From: Mytilus edulis
Lineage: Eukaryota
DNA length: 64,000 bases
Assembly (NCBI RefSeq): GCF_963676685.1
Contig: NC_092353.1
Location: 17,918,001 to 17,982,000 of the forward strand
Direction: 5' to 3'
A program made the translations under genes and the position numbers. Shown in pieces: positions 28,101-40,100 of this stretch (position 1 is its first letter; each line of letters begins with the position of its first letter). The notes below the pieces were generated by a model, which worked only from the letters and a program-made list of their open reading frames with translations, was not told the DNA's origin and ran no database searches.

Positions 28101-31100
28101 TCATTACCACCCGTCTGCAGACACAGACAAAAAGTTATCTCTCAATGAAATGTATCTTCTAGATTCTGGTGGTCAATATTTGTAAGTTATTATTTTATTT
28201 CCAGCAATGCTGAACATAACAGAGGTTTAAGTTTTCCAAGTATATCTGGAAGTGGACCTAATGGGGCAGTTATACATTATTTTCCGACACCAGCTACTGA
28301 TAGGAAATTAAGTGTTGATGAAATGTATTTGTTAGATTCTGGTGGCCAGTATTTGTAAGTTAGCTTTGTTCTAATGCTGACTCTGACCACATATAATCTT
28401 TATCATTAAAAGGACAGCTTCTTTCTGTTTGCTACAATCTTAACTTTCATGCATTTTCAGACTCTGATTTATTGCTTTATTTTGTTCAGCTGAAATGACT
28501 TTTTCTTTCACTGCTGCACTCGGACTGCTTATATTTTCCTGTCATACATTTTTTTTTCATTCTTCAGATCTTAAACAATTGTTTCTTTTATTTCTAAAAA
28601 TTCATAATGATAAAAGTCTTGACAACTTATTGCAGAAAGATAGAATGCATTGTTTTTTTTGACAAAATTAATATATCATTGATGGCATATATTTTAAAAG
28701 TTTACATATTAATGCCTTTTCATAAGTTCCAATGATGGTAAAATGTTTTTAGTGGCTAAACAGGAAAGACGGGTTACATAAGAACAGTATTTTGAAATTT
28801 TCGAGTTAGTATTTAAGTATTGCATGTATATCCAAGATAAAAAGTAATATGAATGTACAGTAGCATGAACTTAGTTGTGAATGTAACAATTCTCAAATGG
28901 AGTTACTACCCTTTGTACCTTGAAATATTTTCTAATAAAAAACATAGATGACACAAGTATCCATTAGTTTCATATGAGAGGAATTAAACTTGACATGGTT
29001 GTATGGCACATATTTATTTTATTTCACATGTGAAAAAAATGATAGCGGCTATCCTTTATAACTTAGAAATGGCCTGTATAGAGGATTGAATAGAAGGGAT
29101 GTGTACTTATTCATGACACAAAATATTTCTCCCAAGTTAATTAAAGCTAAGAAACAGTATCTTAATTGCTGCTCTTCATTTTAATTCACAATATTTTCAA
29201 CAGAAAGTAAAAAATCACAAGTTTTAAGATGACCCTTAGCAACAGTAGGGCTAATTTCATTTGATACTCTCGAGTTAACTTTACTTATTCAGGTTTCAAC
29301 AAAATGATTTTACTTGAACCACTCAAGTTAACCCCTCGTACCCTGGTTCCAACCCTCAACGAGCCACGGTTAAACTCAAGAAACTCTTGAATGACATCAA
29401 ACCAATGAGAATATTTTATTTTTTATGCTTGGTCAGGGCCTTACCCTAGAGTTACTTAGAGTTGTTCCGAATATCAACTCTTGTGCGTTCACTTGATAAT
29501 CTATTAACTCTGAAGTCGATTGTAGAGTTTCAAGTGAACTCGACCTAGGAGAAAGTCTTTGTTAGATGTTGATAATATTACTTCTGTACATTGAAGACTG
29601 TCACAAAGGGGAATAGTTTGTAAATGTGCCTTACAATTTATGATTTCTCCACTCTGAACACATATAATCTTTATCATTAAAATAACAGTTTCTCTCTGTT
29701 CACCATAGACTTTACTTTCGTGCATTTTAAAACTTTGTGTTACAGCTTTATTTTGTTCAGCTGAAAGGTCTTATTTTTTATGACTACTTATATTTTTCTG
29801 GCATACATTTATGTTTCATTCTTCCAATCTTAATGTTTAATTTATTGCTTGATAATATTCTTGACATCTAATTGCAGAAAGATAGAATGCATTGTTTTTT
29901 TGACAAAATTAATATATCATTGGTTGCATACAAGTCCACATTTGGACATTTGAAAAGTTAACATATGATAAATGCCTTTTCATAAGTTTCTACGACAGTA
30001 AAATGATTTTGTGGCTAAACATGAAAGACAACTTCACAAGAAAAATATTTTGGAATTTCAGATAATATTCAAGTATTGCATGTATATCCAATAGAAAAAG
30101 TAAAATGAATATACAGTAGCATAAACTTAGTTGTGAATATATCATGTATGGCAGTTAATTGGTTTTTGTATGCTGTGTAATTCTCCATTAGAGTTATTGC
30201 CCTTTGTAGCTTGAAACATTTTCTAATAAAATAAATATAGATGACACAAGTACCCATTTGTTCCATATGAGAGAAATTTTAAAAACTTAACATGGTTGTA
30301 TGGTACCTATTTGTTCATATTTCATGTGTGGAAAAAAAATCATAGAACTATTCTTTATAACTTAAAAAATGGCATGCAAAGAGGATTGAATAGACAATGA
30401 TGGAAGGGATGTGTAATTATTTATGAAACAAAATCTTTCTCCCGAGCTATTTAATATTAGGAACAGTATTTATTGTAAGTGGCTATATATTGTTTTGAAA
30501 AAATGTAATGATTGAATAAAAGATTAGAATATTCCATTATTTTGTAGGGATGGAACAACTGATGTGACAAGAACATTCCATTTTGGTTCTCCTACAGCAT
30601 ACCAGAAAGTAAGACATTGTCACAAATATTACATCTTTAATATTACACATAGTACTAGTTCAAAACTTATTCATTTTGCTTGTGGTCTCCGAGGTGGCTA
30701 AGTCATCTTCTTTTTTTTATGCCCCATTTATAGGCATTATGTTTTCTGGTTTGTGCGTCCGTTTGTTAGTCCGTTTGTTGCTCCCACTCAGGTTAAAGTT
30801 TTTGGTCGAGGTAGTTTTTGATGAAGTTGAAGTCCAAACAACTTGAAACTTAGTACACATGTTCCTTATGATATGATCTTTCTAATTTTAATGCTAAATT
30901 AGAGGTTTTTCCACATTTTCACGGTTCATTGAACATAGAAAATGATAGTGGGGATGGGGCATCCGTGTACTAGGGACACATTCTTGTCATAAGTAGTTCT
31001 ATCACTACCCAGTTAACTTTGAGGTTATGAGTTTGTACCCCCAATTGTGCTGGTGCACTTAACTCCAATCTTTAATTAACTAGCATTGTCAGTTTTCTTA

Positions 31101-34100
31101 TTGAAAGTCATTGCTTTCTCCAAGCACTCTGGTTTCCTCTATCCATAACAACTGACAGCCTCAAAATAGGCCAAAAATGGCGCTTAAAAGTTGCGTTAAA
31201 ACACCAACAATCAATTTATATTCCTTTTGCTTATGTTTGTGTTATAATGTTTTTTCAGATCTGTTTGACACCTTCTTTATGTTTTGAAAATAAATTGAAT
31301 TATGAGTATATCTTGTAATTCCTCATATGTTTATTTATAGTGAATATAAAGATATGTTATGGTTTTAAATTAAAACATCTATATGTTGATGATAATATTC
31401 CTTGATCTTGAAATGATTGATTTTGTAGGAGTGTTACACAAGAGTTCTGATGGGACAAGTAGATTTAGCTCGCATTTTATTTCCTAACACATTATATGGT
31501 AAGTTAGGATGTGACTTCCATCACAAAATTGTCACAATGTGAAACTTAAAATAACAATGTGTCTCTATATTGGGTTTATTTTAACCTTTATGTGAACTAA
31601 GTATGATAATTACAGTAAGATTAAAAGATTTCAATTAAAATATGAATGCACTTCTTTGTTACTGCAGGAATGTTACACTCGTGTCCTCATGGGTCAGGTT
31701 GACTTGGCCAGATTTAAGTTTTACAAGGGGCCCCATGGTCCCTATGGTGAGTTATGCACCTTGTTTGTACATATAGAAAAGCATGTATTTAAAAGTTTCT
31801 TCTGTTAACACCCATATATCACAACCATAGATAATAATCATACTAATAAATAACAGAAAAGAGTAAAATGAAATACCACACGACAGAGTCGAGGGCTGGT
31901 TTAATAACAACCATTTAATAATATTTATCATATATATATAGAGAATAATACATGGCAAAATCCGTATCATATGTCGTATCATCCCGAGACATCAATATCA
32001 GCCCAAGGGCCTTTAGGCCCGAGGGATGATATTGGTCGAGGGCGATACGGCATGTGATACGGATTTTGCCATGTATTATACGCTTTATCATATATTTCAA
32101 CAGAAGAGTATTATATTATATGAACTGTTTTCTGATCCATAGCACTGGGTTACCTTCAGTTCTACTTTTGTCTTGTTTCATAGGCCTTAAAAGAACTGCT
32201 CAATTACTTATCCGAAGCACCTGGGTTACCTTACAATTTGCGTGCTGTTGTTTTAAAAATATTTTGTTTATTATTGTATTAATTTGTGTGTTTTGTATTT
32301 TTCATAGTTGCATTTAGTGTGCCAAAAAATATGATAACTTGACGTTCGTGACGTCACATACAATGTGAAAACTCGACGTTCGTGACGTCACATACCAAAC
32401 AATGACGTCATTCAAAAAATTAAAAAAAGTAGGGGTGTGATAAAGGGTAGGGGTGTGATAAAGGGTATGCGATAAAGGGTGCGCATCAAAGTTGCGCGAT
32501 ATGGATTAAAGAGCAGGCTATTTATCACATATGCAAAACTACTGTATTTACTACTAAACATATGATAAATTTCAATAAACACAACCATTAATAAATCAAT
32601 CAATCTCTTAATGCATGATACAAAATATCAAATAACATGGATACATAAATTAACATGGCATATCAAGTAGACCCTATTGTGCCAATTGATTAAACTGCAA
32701 AAATCACACAACAAACTTAACCTAAAATGCCATCCATGGGCATACAATTCAGAAGAAATAATTTCATTCTAATTCATAAAATCATCCGACTGAAATTATA
32801 TTTTTGATGAATTGAAATGTTGTCTTTTCATCACACCCATTGTCTTATTATGTTTTGGGGTCATTCATCAAAATGAAAGGATGTGTTGTTTTTTTGTTTT
32901 TTTTTTTTTTAAATTTGTTCAAATGAAGCCTTTGTATATAACTTATTCTTTTTTTTAAATTTTGCATGATATAACCTTAGATTGTGAGGGTAGAAGTAAA
33001 CATGTAAAATCTATTTAGAATGTACCATGCTTGAGTGAGTTAGTGTTTGCATGGTTTGATTTCATGTATAGTTTATTTATAATTTAATATAGATGTTAAA
33101 GTGATGTAACTAGTGTGGTATGTTATATACTACAATTCTCCAATATGTTATGCATCAGATTATACAGCTAGATGTCATTAAGGGAACAAACAAGGATATT
33201 ATAAGTTTTACATTTATAATAGTTTGTAACACAATTTAGAATAAGGCGTTGCTGCAAACATTTTGGAGTCTTGTAGTTTTCCCTTTTTCGCTCTGCATTT
33301 TTTTGTGAAAGCAAATACTTAGAAAGTAATTGTGCATATCATGCTTATTATATTATGGTGAGGTTCAGCTCTTTAATTTTGAAAAAAGTTTGTTTTTGTT
33401 AAGAATTACAAACTTTGAGAAATGTCTTTTGTAAATGTATAAAAACTCAAAATATATAGGTAAGAAGCTAATTTTAAAAGGTGGTACCAAACACATTCCC
33501 TTAAAAAAATTTGACTTATTTTAATTTTCATAAAATTTTGACAAATTTTTACTTTAACCATAAGACAAAAATATGAATATTTCAAAAAAATTGAACCCAC
33601 ACTATATCGGAAAAGTTTCATTGGACAAATAACAGTTTGACTAACACCAATTTTGATTGTTAAAAGCTTTCTATTTCCTGAACAATAGAACGTAATGAAT
33701 ATTTTCAGCTGATTTCTACAGAGTTATCTCCCTGTAGTGTTATGTACCACATTTGTTGTGCATATTATATATCTGTAAAATGCAGCTCATTAGTTTGGAT
33801 TTTATCTAAAAACAATGTTTAAACAAATTATTAGTGATTATAAACCAGTTAATATTCTCAATAATTCTATTAAATCCGGAAAATGAAAAATGTTGAAAAC
33901 AAGTAATGAATGGGAGATAACATTGGTTGTTGTGGTTTTACATACATTATCTCCCTTGTATATCATTTATTAATAATAACTAGAAAAAATATTCCAAGTA
34001 ACAATAACAAAATAACTTTTTATTTATTTAGAGCTATAAAATTGAGAATGGAAATGGGGAATGTGTTAAAGAGACAACAACCCGACCATAGAAAAAAACA

Positions 34101-37100
34101 ACAGCAGAAAGTCACCAATAGGTCTTCAATGTAGCGAGAAATTCCCGCACCCGGAGGTGTCCTTCAGCTGGCCCCTAAACAAATATATACTAGTTCAGTG
34201 ATAATGAACGCCATACTAATTTCCAAATTGTACACAAGAAACTTAAATTAAAATAATACAAGACTAACAAAGGCCAGAGGCTCCCGACTTGGGACAGGCG
34301 CAAAAATGCGGCGGGGTTAAACATGTTTGTGAGATCTCAAACCTCCCCCTATACCTCTAGCCAATGTAGAAAAGTAAACGCATAACAATACGCACATTGA
34401 AATTCAGTTCAAGAGAAGTTCGAGTCTGATGTCAGAAGATGTAACCAAAGAAAATAAACAAAATGACAATAATACATAAATAACAACAGTTAACTGACAT
34501 GCCACCTCCAGACTTCAATTACACTGACTGAAAGATTATGATTTCATCATATGAACATCAGGCACAATCCTTCCAATAGTTTATTTTTATAATCATAGTT
34601 TGTTGTTGCTAATGCAAAAACCAGCACATTTTAGTTAAGTTCATAATATGAAGATCAAATCATATATCAAAATCTCATGTATTTCATTTTAAAACAAAAA
34701 AAACATGTATTTGATATTGTATAAAAAATGTAATTAGCCTGTAATAGTTTGACTACACTGTCACCAAGAATACTGTACAGTACATAACACATGAATTCAA
34801 AACATTATTTCACTTTTACAGAGGAGAAACATAATCATACCTAATATTTGTTGTCAAAGAAAAATTTAATCAGTTCCCTTCCTTGACTTTGACCTGAAAA
34901 GTTTTTAAACTATGATACCTATATCTTGTTACTTTAACATTTGGTTGCGTTTTGTGGTTTAAGTTGAAAAAAGAGGCAGTATAATATTCACACTGTGTTC
35001 GTTGTTTTACACTGCCTTCTATAATGTGTTTAAGTTGACATTGAAAAAGTCAAATAAGAAAAAGGAAAGTCGCTAAACAAATGGCAAAATGAAAAAATTT
35101 AACACAGACGTCAAACGAATGGAATTGTTTCTGTAGGATCAATTTTGAGCTAGAATGCATTAAGGATAAATTATTAGCACACAACATTTTTAAATATCTG
35201 TGCATAGTACACTTCAATTACATAACATTCAAGTTTTAAAGCTTTATTATGTCGAGATTACTACTTCCATATTAATTATTTTTAGGACGTGAAATTGATG
35301 CAATAGCCAGAAGACCATTATGGGATGTAGGTTTAGAATACAGACATGGCACAGGACATGGTATAGGGTCATATCTCAGTGTACATGAAGGTAGGTTTAG
35401 AATACAGACATGGCACAGGACATGGTATAGGGTCATATCTCAGTGTACATGAAGGTAGGTTTAGAATACAGACATGGCACAGGACATGGTATAGGGTCAT
35501 ATCTCAGTGTACATGAAGGTAGAATATATATCTAACAAAAATGATCAAAAAATATTAAGTTTTAACCAGTTCCAGATTGTATGATGAAAATTGATTATCC
35601 ATATATAAATGAGATGAATAAGATGAATGGAAAAATAGATTGAAAAACAATAAAAAGATGAATTTAAAAAATATGCTTCTTTATGCAATGCTTGAGCATG
35701 CATTAAACATTAAGGAATTTAAGATAAGGTGGAGAAAAAGAACTGAGACTTTAAGAACTATTTTTTTTTCATTTGCCACTAAACACATAGAAAACTCTAT
35801 TTACTAGATTTCCAATGATAATGTTGTACCGGTATATTATTTTATTATTAAACAGGTCCAGGAAGAATTTCATTATCTCATGCCAGTTTTGATAGTGATG
35901 AGAAGCTGGATGAGTTCATGTTTTTCTCTGATGGTAAGTCCGAATGTCTTATATAGATATAGGAAAATGTGGTATGAGTGCCAATAAGACAACTCTCCAT
36001 GCAAGTCGTAATTTGTAAAAAGAATACCAATATAGGTGAAAGTATAGCCTTCAACAGAGAGCCTTCGAACACACCTAAACAGCAAGGTTTAAAGGGCTCC
36101 CAAAATGACTAGTGAAAAAAACAATGGTTTAATTTATATACAAAATGAGAAACACTTATGAACCACTTCAACTAACAGCTACCACTGAATAACAGTCTCC
36201 TGGCTTTGGACAGATGCATAAAAATGCAGCAAGTTTAAACGTTTTAACAGGCGCTAACCTTCACCATAACCTGAGATAGGAGTGTAACATTACAACATAA
36301 ATAAGTTTGTTTGAAAAATGTTTTACAATAATTTACACCATAAAAGACAAATTTGAGATAATAAGTTTAACATATACAAAAAAATGTATTCATTTTCAAT
36401 AAAATTGAGAATGGAAATGGGGCATGTGTCAAAGAGACGACAACCCGACCATAGAAAAAAACATATATAATTTTATAAAAACAATATTGGTAGGTTGGCA
36501 TATATATGCAACATGTTAGAAATTAATGTAATGTTGAAATATATACATTATTGTCGAGCCTGTAACTTTTGTTGCAGAAAGCTCGACATAGGGATAGTGA
36601 TCCAGCGGCAGCGGCGGCGGTGTTAGCTAACTTCTTAAAAGCTTTATATTTTAGAAGGTGGAAGACCTGGATGCTTCATACTTTGTACATAGATGCCTCA
36701 TGTTACGAAGTTTCTGTCAGTCACATGTCCAATGTCCTTGACCTCATTTTCATGGTTCAGTGACCACTTGAAAAAAAAAGTTCAAATTTTTTGTAATGTT
36801 GAATTCTCTCTTATTATAAGTAATAGGATAACTATATTTGATATGTGCGTACCTTGCAAGGTCCTCATGTCTGTCAGACAGTTTTCACTTGACCTCGACC
36901 TCATTTCATGGATCAGTGAACAAGGTTAAGTTTTGGTGGTCAAGTCCATATCTCAGATACTATAAGCAATAGGGCTAGTATATTCGGTGTATGGAAGGAC
37001 TGTAAGGTGTACATGTCCAACTGGCAGGTGTCATCTGACCTTGACCTCATTTTCATGGTTCAGTGGTTATAGTTAAATTTTTGTGTTTTGGTCTGTTTTT

Positions 37101-40100
37101 CTCATACTATATGCAATAGGTCTACTATATTTGTTGTATGGAATAATTGTAAGGTGTACATGTCTAGCGGGCAGATGTCATGTGACCTTGACCTCATTTT
37201 CATGGTTCAATGGTCAATGTTAAGTTTTTGAGTTTTGGTCTTTTTATTTAATACTATATGCTATAGGTCAACTATGTTTGGTGTATGGAAATATTTTATG
37301 ATCTTTATGTCAGTCGTGCAAGTTTTATTTGACCGTGACCTCATTTTCACGGTTCATTGCACTGTGTTAAGTTTTTGTGTTTTGGTCTATTTTTCTTGAA
37401 CTATAAGTAATAGATGAACCATGCCAGGCAGACATGTACAGCTAGCAATGCTTCTATATGTTGTATAGAAGCATTGCTAGCTGTACATGTCTGCCTGGCA
37501 TGGTTCATCTGACCTTGACCTCATTTTCAAGGTTCATTGGTCTTTGTTTAGTTATCTTGGTTAATGTTAAGTTTATTTGACAGTTGTTATAAAGCTTAAC
37601 TTTATACTTAGGACTATCAACATAATATCAATGATTAGTATAGAAGGCGAGACATTTCAGCGTGTGCACTCTTGTATTATTTATATTTAGAGCCTGGTTA
37701 TTATGAAGCTGGACAATTTGGTATCAGATTAGAAAATATTGTCATGGTAACAGAGGCAGAAACTACAGTAAGGTTATGTAATACATATATTTATTTGTCC
37801 ATAGAGGTGTTTTACTATGAAAATCATTTGTCAAAATAATATTTTGGAAGTTATATGAGGTAATCAAAAACCAGGTCTAGGGAGATTTTGTATGCTCAAC
37901 AATTAAACAATTAAAAAGATGCAGGCTTGGAAATCTCACAAAATATTTCTATAAAATAAATTCAAACTGCCTACAAGATATCAGACCTTTTTTTCATTTA
38001 CAGTAAAATCCTTGTGAGCTTATTTTCTGTTTGTCCATCCATAGGTTGAAACAACTGGTTTTAAGATGATACCTTTTGTTTGAAATATGTGAAGAAAAAG
38101 ATATCTTCATGACTTTCATTCAAAAACCATGAAATAACCAATGGAATTCTGTATATCACTGCTCTGGAGAAATCTTTTATAAAATATTACAGCTATATAT
38201 GGATTAAAATTTTATCATAATCTAAGTTACTAGATGAAATTTCTTATGATATCACGTTTTAAAAATTAGCCATTTTATTGAGCATGCATGTGTTGGGATG
38301 TTATCTGCACAAACATTTAGCTATATAGGATTAGACGTTATATTGCATTTATTTATTTGTTCAACAGATTTTTTTGGTTACATTTGAGTAAATTTAATAT
38401 TTTGATTGCAGGTTAACAGTGATGAAGTTTAATTTGAGCACTTTTAGAATCTGTCAGATATCTATATATTTGTCAAAACTAAGAGTTTTTGCTATGTTGA
38501 ATGAACTTAATATTGTTACCACATTTCTTAAATTCTACTTTTAAATACTGAGTGACTTGAAATCTAGACTGCAACTTGACAGTCAGATGACATATAAAGC
38601 ATTTGCACTTTTGGAATTCTTTAGACCTCATATTTTCTCATTTATTTACAGTGCTATACCAACACCCAACTCCTCTGAAAAAACAGACATGTAAAATAAA
38701 ACATGTTCCAGATTACCAGACTTTGTTCATGTACAAAATGTGGTTGGTTTAAATCAATTTAATGAGCACCCAAACATGTTTTTGTGCCATAGAAAAGCCC
38801 TATTTCAGGATAATTTAGATGAACAGTAATTTTATTATGCAACTTTATGTTTTCAGTACAACTTTATGAACAGTACCTTCCTGACATTTGAAACAGTAAC
38901 TCTGGTACCCTATGAACCAAACTTGATTGATTATGATTTGTTGAGTCCAGAACAGGTATGTATTTATGCCCCATTTATGGGCATTATGTTTTCTTGTCTG
39001 TGCGTTCCTCCATCGGTCGGTTCATTTGCTTTTCATCCGTCTGTCCTGCTTCAGGTTAAAGTTTTTGGTCGAGGTAGTTTTTTTTATGAAGTTGAAGTCC
39101 AATCAACTTAAAACTTAGTAAACATGTTCCCCATGATATGATCTTTCTAATTTTTATGCCAATTAGAGATTCTATCCCATTTTCACGGTCCACTGAACAC
39201 AGAAAATGACAGTGCTGATGGGGCATCCATGTACTTGGGACACATTCTTGTTTATGTTTGATGGGAACAGTGTTATCAATTTAAATCAAAGCTGATGATA
39301 CCAAATACAGAAAGCCACCCAACATGACTAAATATCTGAGTGCATGAACACTTATGTTAGGACACACCTTGCTCTGTATTTATGACCCATTTATGGGCAT
39401 TATGTTTTCTGGTCTTTGTGTCGTTCGTTCTTCCGTTTGTCTGTCACGCTTCACATTAAAGTTTTCGCTGCAGTATTAAGTTTTTGGTAGAGGTAATTTT
39501 CGATGAAGTTGAAGTCCAATCATCTTGAAACTTAGGAAACATGTTCCCTATAATACGATCTTTCTAATTTTAATGCCAAATTAGAGGTTTTTTTTCCATT
39601 TTCATGGTTCACTGAATAAAGAAAATGATAGTGCGGATGGGGCATCCATACACTTGGGACACATTCTTGTAAGGAGGGGAATTAGTAACAAGGAGAAAGA
39701 TTCCAACCAAAATGTCATTTATTAAAAGCAATCAAATTTATTTACAACAGGGGAGATAATCTTACAAAGGGTAACATTTATATGCCCCTGATTTAACCCC
39801 TCTGATAAAAAGCCACCCTACAAAAAATATGGCATACAAAAAGCAAAAGCAAAAGACATGTTTTACTTAAAGCTAATTATGAGGCCATGCCGTCCTAACA
39901 TATCTGTTATCTGATTGGTAGGTTAAATATACAGATTAAACAATTATGCAATATACTTTTAGTTTAAATTGACTTTGCAATTCAAATAGTTGTCTACATA
40001 GACCTGAATAATTTTTTTAGGAAAGAATGCAATGCAATTTTAAATTTTGTTTTGACCTCAATATGTTTTAAGTAGAATGTAGATTAATATATTCATGATA

